Below, one piece after another: positions 12,756 through 27,101 of a stretch of 64,000 nucleotides of DNA (positions within the stretch are counted from its first letter, which is position 1; each line of letters starts with the position of its first letter). The notes beneath the pieces are model-generated. The model was not told the origin of the DNA. It did no database searches and was given only the letters and a program-made list of their open reading frames with translations. Source of the DNA: Octopus vulgaris. Lineage: Eukaryota. The stretch is taken from positions 22,196,001 to 22,260,000 of the forward strand of contig OX597835.1 in assembly GCA_951406725.2 (NCBI GenBank), written 5' to 3'. The position numbers and the translations under genes are program-made.

Positions 12756-13165
12756 GGCAGCATTTCAGTCCAGCAACGTTTTTGTCGCGTTTGCTCATGT
12801 ATCGTTGTATCTGAATTCGTTTTATACAAATTTAGTTCTCTTTTAATTAATGATTGCAATTAGTCGGCACCGAAACAGTTCTCTTTTAATTAACGAAGGA
12901 ATTTATCAGAGCAGTTGTCCTCGAAACAGTGTTGGCGTACACGGGAAATTAACCGGAATAAATTGGTTTGTTGTGACGAAGAGGATGTGTTTAATGCAGG
13001 CGTAAGAAACTTCTTTTTTTAGGACTGGGTCGCATGTGACATGGTTCATCACCAGGCGGGCTGCACTATTAAAAAACATTCAAGATCATTTTCTTTCGTC
13101 AGGCGGTACCATTCAGAAAGTCCCGCGAGCTGCAGGTCTTTTACAAACGTCTACTTCACATTTGA

Positions 13166-13392
13166 TGTGTGTGTGTGTGTGTGTGTGAGTGTGTAGGTGT
13201 ATGTGTGTGTATGGCTATGTGTGTATGTATATGTGTGTGTATGTGTGTACGGTATGTGTGTGTATATATGTATGTTTGTATGTGTATCTGTGGGTGTATG
13301 TGTGTCTATGTGTGTGTATGTCTATGTGTGTGTTTGTGTATGTGTGTGTGTGTTTGTGTGTGTGTGTGAGTGTGTGTGTGTGTGTGTGTATG
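13166..13392. repeat. Compound (GT)n/(GTAT)n microsatellite
   Basis: Direct inspection. Confidence 0.95.
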
Positions 13393-13559
13393 CGGAAGCA
13401 GGTTATTTTTTATCTAACCGATGCTTGCTCCTCAGCGTGGTACCTTGTGCAAGTGTCTTCTGCTATAGCCCCGGGCCGACCAAAGCCTTGTGAGCGGATT
13501 TGGTAAACGGAAGCTGAAAAAAAAAACACGTCATATATATATATACGTATATATATTGG

Positions 13560-13955
13560 TTCTTTGTTTTATCGACCCCCACCCCACCCAAGAAGGATTA
13601 AAGGCAAAGTGAACCGCGGTGAGATTCGAACTCAGAACGTAAAGAGCCAAAAGAAATGCCGCCAAGCGTTTCCTTTTTTACCCGGCCCTCAGATGATGCC
13701 GTCAAAGGGTCGGGGTCGCCTTCAAGCCACATGCAATTAAATAATTCTTTCCACCATGGGTACAAGGCCCGAAATTTGGGGGGAGAGAGGTGGGCAGTCG
13801 ATTACATCGACCCAGAGCTCAACTGGTACTTATTTCATCGACCCCGAAAGGATGAAAGGCAAAGTGGACCTCGGTGAGATTTGAACTCGGAACGGAAAGA
13901 CAGACGAAATGCCACTAAAAATTTTGTGCGGCATACTAATGATTCTGCCAGCTCA
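13560..13955 (-). mobile_element. Two SINE family A copies
   Basis: ATCGACCCCGAAAGGATGAAAGGCAAAGT and GAACTCAGAAC motifs on the plus strand. Confidence 0.8.
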
Positions 13956-14311
13956 CAATTAAATGAAAGGATAATTAAATACGTAATAATTAAATACAGT
14001 GAGATGTGGCCCGATTCATCGAGAGGTGGGGGTGGTGGAAATACCTTATGTGAACCGTCTTTCCAAAACGACCTCCTATATCTGAAATAGGTACCGGCAT
14101 AGTGATGGAGCCAAGGGGTGGGGGAGCTGAGGGACACGTGCCTTCTCAAGAAAAGAAGTGCGCCCTTTTATATAATGTTATTAACCCCTTTTCTCCCAGA
14201 ATTGCATTCCTTTCTTAACTTGTACCTTTCCATCGAATAATTCCTGGGACCACGGCTGCCGGTAGATAGTGAAGGCGCGTGGCCAAGCTGTTAGGCTGTT
14301 ACACTCTAGAT

Positions 14312-14530
14312 CAGTGCTTTTCAAACTTTTTGCTGGAGCGGAACCCCAAGGAAGCATTCCACTGGCTCGGGGAACCCCTGTGCAATAATTTAATAGTCTT
14401 ATGCACACATATATGCACAGGAAAATTAAAAATTACTGCCGATTTTAGCAGTTTTGTAACTTCTTGCGGTACCCCTGGACTGTACTGGCGGAACCCTAAG
14501 GTTCCGCGGAACCCTGGTTGAAAACCACTG
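14312..14530. mobile_element. hAT (Charlie-like) MITE inserted in a SINE C head (14271-14740)
   Basis: TIRs CAGTGCTTTTCAA and TTGAAAACCACTG; exact 8-bp TSD CTCTAGAT at 14304-14311 and 14531-14538. Confidence 0.9.
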
Positions 14531-15309
14531 CTCTAGATCGTGGGATCGTGGTTTCGGTTCGCGCATCGACTGGTACGTTGTGTTCTTGAACAAGACATTT
14601 CATTTCATGCTGCCCCAGTCCACTCAGCTGTAAAGGAGCAACCCTGCAACGAACTGGCACCCCGTTCCGAGAGAGTGTAGCAATTTCGGTCTCTTATACG
14701 GAAACTGGGGAACGGGTCCTGTAATTTCAAGAACTTGAGATACTACCTCTCTACATGGAAACCCCCCACCAAAAAAAACATCATTGTGTATCGAAGAAGA
14801 TGGAGACCAAAAAAACGTACGTGTAATTAACTATTATTATAAAACTTTGCCATGTTTGAAGCTAATTAAAACTGTTTAAAAGATAATAAAACTACAAGTT
14901 TAATTAGTCACACGGTTCCATCACCAAGAATTTTAAAAGACTATCTTAACTATTGATGACGTAGTACGTAATTGCTACTTCTTAATCGGCAGAAATTTCA
15001 AGAACCGAGCGGGTACATGTGTGTGTGTGTGTGTGTGTGTGGATGGATGGATGTGGTATATATCTTGAGTAACCTTACTTTTATTTTTAAAAAGAATTCG
15101 AAATATCTCAGCGAGATTAAAAATCATTTAAGGAGGATTAGTTTGGGATCATGTTATCTCTTACAAGACATTACACACACACACACACACTCACACACAC
15201 ACACACACACACACACACATTCACACACTTACATAAATATATACAAGCATGTATATAACAACACAATTACTGCCACAGACACCGGCAAAACAACAAAAAC
15301 AGCAACTAC

Positions 15310-15310
<1 letters not shown>

Positions 15311-15373
<63 letters not shown>

Positions 15374-15500
15374 TGCAGCAGCACCACTACTACAACTACT
15401 ACAAATATTACTACCACCACGACCACCACCCACACTACCACCCCAAAAGCTACTATTACTAGTACTTTGATTAAAATTACAATAAAAATAGCTTCTTTTT

Positions 15501-15543
<43 letters not shown>

Positions 15544-15553
15544 ACAACTATTA

Positions 15554-15617
<64 letters not shown>

Positions 15618-15618
15618 G

Positions 15619-15650
<32 letters not shown>

Positions 15651-15712
15651 TACTACTACTACTTCTACTACTTCTACTACTACTTCTACTACTTCGACTA
15701 CTACTACTACTG

Positions 15713-15758
<46 letters not shown>
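15311..15758. repeat. (AAT)n, (CAC/TAC)n and (CTA/CTG)n trinucleotide tracts
   Basis: Direct inspection. Confidence 0.95.
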
Positions 15759-15917
15759 AACGGCCACCAGGTGCACTGGGGAAAACAGGGGAAAAGAGAG
15801 AGAGAGGATGAAGAGATCTTTCGGTTCTGATATCCATTTTCGCTCGTTTCAAATATAATTGATTAATCCTAGGTTGTTGGTTTCTCCTTGCAGCTGAGGT
15901 TTTGGAGATTCATTCAT

Positions 15918-17372
15918 ATCCATCCATCCATCCATCCATCCACCCATCCACCCATCCACCCATCCATCCATCCATCCATCCATCCATCCATCCATCCACC
16001 CATCCACGCATCCACCCATCCAACCATCCATGCATCCACCCATGCATCCATCCATCCATCCATCCATCCATCCATCCATCCATCCACCCATCCATCCACT
16101 CATCCATCCATCCATCCACCCATCCATCCATCCACCCATCCATCCATCCACCCATCCATCCACCCATCCATCCATCCATCCATCCATCCATCCATCCATC
16201 CATCCATCCATCCATCCACCCATCCACCCATCCATCCATCCATCCACCCATCCATCCATCCACCCATCCATCCACCCACCCATCCATCCATCCATCCATC
16301 CATCCATCCACCCATCCACCCATCCATCCACCCATCCATCCATCCACCCATCCATCCATCCACTCATCCATCCATCCTTCAATCCATCCACCCATCCACC
16401 CATCCATCCATCCACCCATCCATCCATCCATCCATCCATCCATCCATCCATCCATCCATCCATCCATCCATCCATCCATCCATCCACCCATCCATCCACC
16501 CATCCATCCATCCATCCATCCATCCACCCATCCATCCATCCATCCATCCATCCACCCATCCATCCATCCATCAATCCATCCATCCATCCATCCATCCATC
16601 CATCCATCCATCCATCCATCCCATCCATCCATCCATCCATCCATCCATCCATCCACCCATCCATCCACCCATCCATCCATCCATCCATCCACCCATCCAT
16701 CCATCCATCCATCCATCCATCCATCCATCCACCCATCCATCCATCCATCCATCCATCCATCCATCCATCCACCCACCCATCCATCCATCCATCTATCCAT
16801 CCATCCATCCATCCATCCACCCATCCATCCATCCATCCACCCATCCATCCATCTATCCTTCCATCCACCCATCCACCCATCCATCCATCCATCCACCCAT
16901 CCATCCATCCATCCATCCATCCACCCATCCATCCATCCATCCATCCATCCACCCATCCATCCATCCATCCACCCATCCATCCATCCATCCATCCATCCAC
17001 CCATCCATCCACCCATCAATCCATCCATCCATCCATCCACCCATCCACCCATCCACCCATCCATCCATCCACCCATCCACCCATCCATCCACCCCTCCAT
17101 CCATCCATCCATCCATTCACCCATCCATCCATCCACCCACCCATCCATCCATCCATCCACCCATCCATCCATCCATCCATCCATCCACCCATCCATCCAT
17201 CCATTCTATCCATCCATTCACTCATCCATCCATCCACCCATCCATCTATCCATCCATCCATCCACCCATCCATCCATCCATCTATCCACCCATCCACCCA
17301 TCCACCCATCCACCCACCCATCCATCCACTCCACCCTTCCACCCATCCATCCATCCATCTACCCATCCATCC
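15918..17372. repeat. About 1.45-kb (CCAT)n/(CCAC) tetranucleotide array
   Basis: Direct inspection; it generates all the HPSI and DGWM ORFs. Confidence 0.97.
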
Positions 17373-18960
17373 AGAGAATAACCGAGAGAAAAACAATAAG
17401 CAAAAAGTTTAACCCGGAACCAGGCAGCAGTGTACATAGACACGAGAGGAGAAACCGTGTGTACATCACAGAAGTTCCTGCCACGAGAAGACATAGACTC
17501 CTCTGATGGAAAATCTGGAGCGAAGAGATGGAGTTTAAGCAAGATGCTCTGTGTCTGGAAGAAATTCGAAGAAGTTATTGATACTGATACCCTTACGACA
17601 GTAACCCAGAAGCTTCAGGATGGAAAGGCACGTGGATGAGACTTCTGATTTTTGGATACTGGTACAAAATGCTAACCTTCTACCGACCACATCTTACCAA
17701 CCTGCACTAGTAAGTTCTCAATGGAAACAGTAGCATACCACACCGGTTAGCTCTGGTAGAGACAAGACTGGTCCCCAAATGCAGAACCACTCACATGGTA
17801 AAAACTACCGGCCAGTTTCATGCCTGAACTTAATGTATAAAATATATAGAGCATGTTTAAACCTCTTCCTCCAAGACCCTTATGAAAGCAGAATAAGCAG
17901 CCGGGAAGAAGGGAGTCCGGGGATGTGCCGGGCAATTGTTAATAGACAAAACTGTAATGTCAGAAGTGTGAGAGCATAGAAGGGACCTAGTTTCAATATG
18001 GCTGGACAACAAGAAAACTTTTGACTCTGTCCCCGGCTCATGGATGCTAGAAGCTCTTCGACTTGCAAAAGTTCCAGTGAGCATAGTCAAAGCCATAGTT
18101 AACCCGATGTCATCGAGGGCCACAATCTTGAAATTAAAGACAAGGAATGATTGTATTATCACCGACAGATTACAGTATAGCAGAGGTATGTCCTAAGGGG
18201 ACAGCTTCTCTGTGATGTTTGTTTATACTTTCTGTAAACCCCTTCTCATTCATGTTAAGGAAGTCTGAAGGGGATCTCACTAGTTCACAAGGAAACAAAA
18301 ATGCCAAAATTACACATTGTTTCATTGTGGATGACTTGAAACTATATGCTAAGAATATGCATGAGATGAAAAAGAGCTTTGACCTGGTTACATTCTCAAA
18401 GGATGTAGGGTAGGAGTTTGGTCAGGATAAATGTTGCTATATGGTTGTGAAAAATGGGAAAACTGTACGCCAGATTAGCAACATCTTTATCAATGGCTTA
18501 ACTGTTTCGCTTATGTGGATGAAAATATATCTTCCGATGGCACCTGTAACAAAACATATGTCACTAAAGAATATTAGTCGAATAAAGAAAATATGGACCT
18601 CAGAACTCTTTGCATTCAATAAAACAGTGGCCCACAATGGGTATGCAGTGCCAGTACTCGTGCCAACATTCGGGCTACTTAATTGATGAGATCCGAGCCC
18701 TAATGTGAAAACCCAGAAAATACTAGCAAGCACAGAATTTCCACAACAACAGTGACATGGACCGCCTCTGCCCAAAACGAAAACAAGGCGGCAGAGGCTT
18801 AACATCGATCCAGACTGCCTGTGCATGTCGTATCATATCCTCCTCGGCAACATCTTTCAACCACAAAGTGCCGAAGTGTATCTCTTGACCAACTTTGTAT
18901 GCATGAAGCTGATAACATCACGAAACTTGAAAAGCAGCTCCTTGAGCGTTTGCGAAATGG
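17373..18960 (+). mobile_element. Decayed R4/Dong-clade non-LTR retrotransposon, reverse transcriptase region
   Basis: Frameshifted motifs in order: NYRPVSCLNLMYK, WLDNKKTFDSVP, GDSFSVMLFILSVNP, HCFIVDDLKLYA, FSKDVG-EFGQDKC, NKTVAHNGYAVPVL, DRLCPKRKQGGRGL. Confidence 0.85.
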
Positions 18961-19126
18961 GTGAAACCCTATGGAAGTGACGTGATTAATTAAATATAAA
19001 TTCCGGTCTCCTACATCCTGATTTTACATACATACATATCTTTTATCTTCTACTTTTTACTTTTTTCAGTCATAAGACTGCGGCCATGCTGGGGCAGGTA
19101 TGTACACACACACACACACACAACGC

Positions 19127-19160
<34 letters not shown>

Positions 19161-19174
19161 TATAACTATAACTA

Positions 19175-19218
<44 letters not shown>

Positions 19219-19221
<3 letters not shown>

Positions 19222-19325
19222 TTTTTATATATATCATATAACTTAGATCATGTATTAGCGCTTTCTCCCATTCTAGTGGGGTTTTCAATCATGATCAAAG
19301 TTATATGATATATATAAAAAATGTA
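19219..19325. repeat. ~35-bp inverted repeat (hairpin) in a (TA)n-embedded element
   Basis: ACATTTTTTATATATATCATATAACTTAGATCATG versus CATGATCAAAGTTATATGATATATATAAAAAATGT. Confidence 0.8.
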
Positions 19326-19419
19326 ATATACAAATAAATATCTGTAAATAGAAACCATCCGATTTTCTGAGTACCTCACTTCTTCTAATATATAATACCT
19401 GTACATCATCTCCAAACCT

Positions 19420-19479
<60 letters not shown>

Positions 19480-19481
19480 TA

Positions 19482-19877
19482 CTAGCAGTATCGCCCGGCG
19501 TTGCTCGGGTTTGTAAGGGAAATAACTATATAAGCATTTTTAGAGATGTAAAGTATAAAGCCATCTCAATATGGCTAACCACAAAGGGGGGGGGGTGTTA
19601 CTGTAGCTTTTTACGTTCTGAGATTTAATAATACATTTTTAGAGAGTTACGTCCCTTATATATGCCAAAAATGCATTAAAATGGGAAAAATTGATGGTAA
19701 ATTTTTTTTTAATCGTAGACTCATCGTAGACGCGCGCTAATACCCAGAAGGGCTCGATATGAATCACGACTATAAGATACCCGGTTTTGGTTAAACTGCA
19801 CCGCAAAATGTGGGAGTAGTTAGGAATCTAAATCGTAGGAGACAGACAGCACACAACCTCACTTTTATATATAAAGA
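19482..19877 (-). mobile_element. Non-autonomous Helitron, same family as 5300-5684
   Basis: Reverse-complement match with TC 5' end and hairpin plus CTAG 3' end. Confidence 0.85.
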
Positions 19878-20049
19878 TATATATATATATATATATATTG
19901 GTGGAGGTTGTAGGGGTTCGGTCCCCTGCTGGCAACATATATGTTCAGGGTTCAGTGCTGTACCGATAACCACCTGGTGGCAGATCTGCCTGGAGTCAAA
20001 TTAGTAGTAACATGGAACATGGAACATTCATGTGGTGATTAACTTTACT

Positions 20050-20712
20050 TATATATATATATATATACATGCATGTGTGTGTGTGTGTCTGTATGTGTGT
20101 GTTTGTCTGTAGGGGTGTTTGTGTATGTATATATGTGTGTGTATGTGTCTGTGTATGTATGCGTGTGTGTGTATGTGTATATGCGCGTGTGTGTATGTGT
20201 TTGTGTGTGTGTGTGCATGAGTGTATATGTGTGTGTGTGTGTCTATATGTGTGTGTTTGTGTTTATGTGTGTATGTGTGTATATGTGTTTGTGGGTATAT
20301 ATGTGTATATGTGTGTGTTTGTGTTTATGTGTGTATGCGTGTATGTGTGTATGTGTATATGTGTGTATGCGCGTGTGTGTTTGTGTGCGTGTATGTGTGT
20401 GTATGTGTATGTGTGTGTGTGCGTGTGTGTGTGTGCGTGTATGGTGTAGCGTACGCGATAATTTGTTTGCAAGTATTATGACTTACAAAGTAATTTTACA
20501 GAGGAAACCGCACTGAAAAGAATTTAGTGCGAAAGAAAGAAAGAGCAATGTTTATCAAGACTTATTCCAGTTCCTACAAGATTCCATTCCATTCCTCGGT
20601 TCCACGCCTGAATGCAGTCTCCAGCTGCAGGTGGTTCGTAAGTAGATTTCCGACATGGCCGCTCGATACACTACTGGTAGAGAAACGCGCGTGCGCTCGC
20701 ACTCTCTCTCTC

Positions 20713-20781
<69 letters not shown>

Positions 20782-20867
20782 AACACACTTTTGTGTATGC
20801 GCTTTGTATATATATTATGTCTATGAGCGTGTATTATATGTATGGAGAGATATAATGTATTTATATG

Positions 20868-20905
<38 letters not shown>

Positions 20906-21231
20906 AACATATACACGCATATATATGTAAGTATATGTATATATATATGTGTGCATATCTATGTATATATAAGTATACACATATATGTATATATATACAC
21001 ATATATACATGTACATACATATATATGTACATGTATATACATATATATATATGTGTATATACATATATACATATATACACACATACACATACATATATAC
21101 ACGCATACACACAAGTACATACACAGCTACATGCATACAGCCATCCACATACACCTATATTAAATATATATGGATGTGTATATATACATATATATATATA
21201 TATACATATACATATATGCATATATGCATAT

Positions 21232-21286
<55 letters not shown>

Positions 21287-21326
21287 TTTATACACACACA
21301 CATACACACACACACACATATATATA

Positions 21327-21388
<62 letters not shown>

Positions 21389-21400
21389 TGTCATATGTAT
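20050..21400. repeat. Large compound GT/CT/CA/AT microsatellite blocks flanking a unique island at 20450-20700
   Basis: Direct inspection. Confidence 0.9.
20487..20512 (-). other. Candidate 26-nt microexon
   Basis: Minus strand CTTTCTTTCTTTCGCACTAAATTCTTTTCAG|TGCGGTTTCCTCTGTAAAATTACTTT|GTAAGT: branch-like CTAA, strong acceptor, consensus donor. Confidence 0.45.
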
Positions 21401-21864
21401 ATATAATCTAACTCAAGAACACATCTGTGATGTTACTTGAACGAAATATCGCCAGAAAATAAATATGACAAGATGACCAACAGCCTTTGGCTGGCACCAA
21501 CAGACATTCCAGATAACAGAAATTATCGCAGCAACTGGGAAACCTGTCCCCGAAGATTTCAAAAAATGACCCCCTCAAAACGTTAACATTTTGGTTAACA
21601 TCTTGTTCTTGTTGAAAATGTTTTCTTAACTCCAAATGTCTGCGCTATCACCCACTTCGTAACCACATCATTTGGTGTACATATTTTTTTCTCAACATAC
21701 ATACATACATACATACATACATACATACATACATACATACATACATACATACATACGTACATATATCCAGACGGGAGAGAGTGTGTCGGTAATTAATCTG
21801 GGGCAAATCTACAAATAAAATCCTCATATCAAGCTTCCATTTCTCTGCCTTCACCTCTCTCTCT

Positions 21865-21914
<50 letters not shown>

Positions 21915-22044
21915 CTCTCTCTCTCCGACGTGCGTGCATACACACGCACAGAGACATGTAATGTGCATACATACATACACACACACAGACATTATATATG
22001 CATATGTATTTACATATATATATGCATATATATATATTCTCTTT

Positions 22045-22212
22045 TTTCACTTGTTTCAGTCATTTGACTTTGGCCATGCTGGAGCATCGCCTTTAGTCGA
22101 CCAAATCGACTTATTCTATTGGTCTCTTTTGCCGAACCACTAAGTTACGGCGACGTAAACACACCAGCATCGGTTGTCAAGCGATGTTGGGGGGACAAAC
22201 ACAGACACACAA

Positions 22213-22288
<76 letters not shown>

Positions 22289-22459
22289 ATGTATATGTAT
22301 GTATACGACGGGCTTCTTTTAGTTTCCGTCTACCAAATCCACTCACTAGGCTTTGGTCGACCCGAGGCTATAGTAGAAGACACTTGCCCAAGGTGCCACG
22401 CAGTAGGACTGAACCCGGAACCATGTTGTTGGTAAACAAGCTACTTACACAGCCACTCC

Positions 22460-22460
<1 letters not shown>
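22045..22460 (-). mobile_element. SINE family B with internal (CA)n
   Basis: Reverse complement of the consensus. Confidence 0.9.
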
Positions 22461-22493
<33 letters not shown>

Positions 22494-22774
22494 TAACTTA
22501 ATATTATCTATGTAATAATTTTAAACCTTCTCTACCAGTAGCGGCTACCAGACGTTATCAGGCAGGCAACAGGCCTTCGCCATTTACTGGATATACATGC
22601 GGAAATCGGGCGAGTATCCGTAGAGTGTCTACGGAAACACTTTTAATACGAGAAGGTAGAATGAACAAGTTTTTTGACAAATCACTACAATTGTTTCGGC
22701 GCATCATTATCAGCTGCAGGAATCGATTTGTTGCGTTAAATCGATGACTGCCACTGCGTCCGCTTCCCGTCCTT

Positions 22775-22943
22775 ATGATGATGATGACGTTGACGATGAC
22801 GACGACGACGACGATGATGATGATGATGATGATGACGACGACGACGACGACGATGATGATGATGATGATGACGACGACGACGACGACGATGATGATGATG
22901 ATGAGGATGAGAATGATGAGGGTGATGATGGTGGTGGTGGTGG

Positions 22944-22987
<44 letters not shown>

Positions 22988-23059
22988 GTGATGGTGATGA
23001 TGATGATGATGATGATGATGATGAGGGTGATGAGGGTGGTGGTGATGATGATGGTGATG

Positions 23060-23091
<32 letters not shown>

Positions 23092-23105
23092 GATGGTGAT
23101 GATGT
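22775..23105. repeat. In-phase (GAT/GAC/GGT)n trinucleotide tract
   Basis: Direct inspection; reads poly-Asp on the plus strand and poly-Ser or poly-His on the minus strand. Confidence 0.95.
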
Positions 23106-23380
23106 TGGTGCTCCGGTTGTGAAATAACTGAAGTGAAATTAACAGAAGTCTGTAATAACTGAGTTCCTCAGTTAAAGTTTAATTAAGCAATTATTTATAA
23201 AGTTACGCATATTTAGTTTAATAAGGAAATTCAAATTAATGTTTTCTTCTTTAGGTTTGTTTATATTTAACACACACACACATACACATGTATATTTAAG
23301 TTTATAACAAGTGAAGTAAAACAAGTTTAGTACATGTGACAATATTTTTTTTATTGTATACACAATATTCAATGACTTAC

Positions 23381-23437
23381 TTTTGTATACACTCGGAAGA
23401 AACCAACTTCCTATGCAGAACGGACTTATTTCTGAAC
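23381..23437 (-). other. Candidate 57-nt exon
   Basis: Minus strand GATTCTCTTACAG|GTTCAGAAAT...GTATACAAAA|GTAAGT; two of three frames open. Confidence 0.5.
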
Positions 23438-23744
23438 CTGTAAGAGAATCAATGATTATCTAGCAGGAAATAACGTAATTTTGAACAGTCTGTATGAAAC
23501 GAGTTGTGATGATAACCGCCACAACAACAACAACAACGACAGCACCAGTAATAACGCATACACTCGCACGAACACACGGACACACATACGCACACGCTTG
23601 TATTGCACAAAACGAAGGAATGAATGGAGAGTTGAAACAACCTCATGTAGGAGAGCCATAGATGTAAATTATTTGATGGAGAAAAAAGTCACCTCGGCAG
23701 ATCTGTGTAACAAATGCCGGTGCATCACTACCTCACTCTCTTAC

Positions 23745-23889
23745 CAGTCAGCGAGAAAAGAAGAAAAAAGAAAGCAGGAAATAACTTATTTCCGGATTTC
23801 GATGATGCAGAGCTTTCCCCGTGTATCCAAAAGAGCAAGTACCAACAGCATTAGTCAATACATGAAATGACATTCTCCACCAGTCGGGG
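23745..23889 (-). other. Candidate 145-nt exon
   Basis: Minus strand TTAATGTTTCATTTCTTTCAG|CCCCGACTGG...CGCTGACTG|GTAAGA; stops in all frames. Confidence 0.45.
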
Positions 23890-24127
23890 CTGAAAGAAAT
23901 GAAACATTAAAAGACCTGGGTTTGCACCCCCTTAGCAAATTTCGTTGCTGGGCCACTGTCCAGTAGGATCATAGAATCAAACATCAAAAATCCAATATTG
24001 TTCTTGTCGGGTACTATATTTTAAAAGAGATTTGATGGGTATTTCTAGCAGTCGGAGTGATCATGTAGAGCTTTCTAAAGTTTGTTTATATAGACACGTG
24101 CTTGTTTTATATATATATATATATATA

Positions 24128-24637
<510 letters not shown>

Positions 24638-25109
24638 TACATATATACTTATCTATCCATCTATCTTATCCTTTATCTTTTACTTGTTTCAGTCATTTGA
24701 CTGTGGCCATGCTATATACATATTTACACCCACACCCACAACATATGTATGAATGCATGTATGTATATTAGTTTAAAAAAATGGGATTGACTTTTTATGT
24801 TTTCCACATTCTTGGACTCTTAAATTCCTATACAGTTTTTGATTGAAGAATCAAATTACAAATTCTGGGAGCATAATCTCCAGTGCACCTCTTTTATCGG
24901 TATTCTCTTTTGTTTGTTTGTTTTAATGTTACTTATTTTCTTTTTTCTTTTTTTTCACTTAGTTTTTGGTCCTATTTCTTCGAGCGGGATTTTGGCATCG
25001 CTCGTTCAGATATTTTTAAAAGATTTCCTTTCTATTTCACAATTGTGTCAACATCAATATGGACATTTATATAAAATATATATAGGACTTCTCAGATATA
25101 TGTCAAGAT

Positions 25110-25145
<36 letters not shown>

Positions 25146-25393
25146 TAAATGCATATGTTTTACAGCAACACATTAACGCATAAATATCTATACACACACA
25201 CACACACAAAAGCACATACACATGCACATACACACCACAAATACACTCACACATATATATATTCAAGCATGTATGTATATGCATGTATGTATGTAGGCAT
25301 GCATGCACGTATGTATATGTTTGCATTGTATGCATATATATATACATATATATATATACACACACACACACACATATATATATATACACGTAT

Positions 25394-25424
<31 letters not shown>

Positions 25425-25486
25425 CACACATGCATACACACACACATATATATATATATATATACACACATGCATACACACACATG

Positions 25487-25524
<38 letters not shown>

Positions 25525-25687
25525 TAAGCTTATAAAGAATTAAATATATATTCATATACGCATATTAATGTATGTATGTGGTATTGTGAATTCCACAATT
25601 TCAATAAACGAAGCCCCAGCAAGGCAAACATTAAAAGAGAAAAAGGAAAAAAAACTGAAGAAATTATATTTATTTAATACCCCTTAC

Positions 25688-25880
25688 GACATTTTCAACC
25701 CCAGACCAGACTTTACTTCACGATGAAACAGGATATTGAAACGTTGTTGAAATTAGTTTCGAATTTATTTCACTGGGGTCGTCTGCGTTCAACAATGGCG
25801 TAAGCAGGATTTTAGATTCGTCGCCGAGATCGAGAGAGTGTGTAAACATCACCGCAGGCCAGGACGTCTTGGTGAGAGAA
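25688..25880 (-). other. Candidate first exon ending in ATG-TC and a GTAAGG donor
   Basis: CpG-containing unique island; minus strand GAAAATGTC|GTAAGG with ATG at 25692-25690; TATA box about 25-30 nt upstream of the inferred start. Confidence 0.4.
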
Positions 25881-25899
25881 TACTACCGTCCTACTACGG

Positions 25900-25906
25900 T
25901 TTTATA
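25900..25906 (-). promoter_or_regulatory. Candidate TATA box
   Basis: Minus strand CCTTATAAAACCG upstream of the candidate first exon. Confidence 0.35.
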
Positions 25907-26034
25907 AGGTCTGTCTGCGCATACTGCCATGAGTGAGAAGCAGTCGGTGGGTGAGGAGAAATTCTCTGGCAGTTCTGTCTGCTTTCCATATTAATTGCTA
26001 ATCCATCATGCATCATGGTATTAGTGGGTTACCG

Positions 26035-26090
<56 letters not shown>

Positions 26091-26286
26091 CATACATATA
26101 TATATATATATAGAAACATACACGTATACATATATATGTGTATGAATATATATGTGTGTGTGTGTATATATGTATGTGTGTGTGTAAGAATGTGTGTATA
26201 TATATATATATATATACATATTCATACACATATTCATATACATATACATACACACACACAGACCATCATCGTTATTGTCATTATTG

Positions 26287-26500
26287 AGGCGGCGAGTTGG
26301 TAAAATCATTAAAGTGCCGGACAAATTGATTAACAACATTTCTTCCGAGTTTCTGTTCTAAGTTCAAATGTTTTCAAGATAGACTTTGCCTTTTATTCTT
26401 TTGGGGGTCGATAAAATAAGAGCCAGTTGAGTAAGGGGTCAATGTATTCGACAAGCTCCCTGTTCCTAAATTTCAGGCCTTGTGCCTATAGTAGAATGGC
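26287..26500 (+). mobile_element. SINE family A, diverged
   Basis: Head, B-box-like AAGTTCAAAT and central motif. Confidence 0.75.
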
Positions 26501-27028
26501 TCGTTATTATCATTATTGTTATTGAGTGAGGGAGCAGCACGCGCCATCAAAGTGATGCTGAAGTACAAATACACGAAGCCCATGGCTACCCGTCTGATAA
26601 GGGTACACAACGAATATCAGTCTGATAAGGGTACACAAGACACATGCATCAAACCATAAATACGCGACATGATGAACTCATATGAAGATAAACAGTGCAT
26701 GACCTTGCAGGTGGGGCCCAGTTAGAATTTCCTTCAGGTCGAGAAGCCCTTCCTGTTCAAAAGCTCCCTGAATAAGGATTGCTTAAGGATGATGAATGAA
26801 ACACCCATGTTCCCTGTGGGGAATTTTTCAAATGCCACGCAATTCCTCTCAGCATATGCTTGTGATGCCCCTCACCCCTCACTACTCCTGTTCGTGATCA
26901 GAGATGCACGCATCGTCTGTCACTAAAGAACATGCTCAACTGGTTAAGGTCAGACAACTAACAGGCAAATCTGTAATACTCAGCAGCATATTAGCTGTAG
27001 CCCATAGTTTATACCATTTTTATTATTA

Positions 27029-27101
<73 letters not shown>

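Noticed and set aside
14972-15852. Poly-N/T/L/S ORFs
   Set aside because: Trinucleotide microsatellites
15849-17506. Long 390-530-aa ORFs (HPSI and DGWM repeats)
   Set aside because: Translations of the stop-poor (CCAT)n array in several frames on both strands; no coding evidence
20069-21440. Many VC/YI/HT-repeat ORFs here and throughout the window
   Set aside because: Dinucleotide microsatellite translations
22744-23127. 127-aa Asp-rich plus-strand ORF resembling acidic biomineralisation proteins
   Set aside because: No signal peptide, GAT/GAC tracts are common microsatellites here (also 27705-27850), and nearby splice signals favour the minus strand
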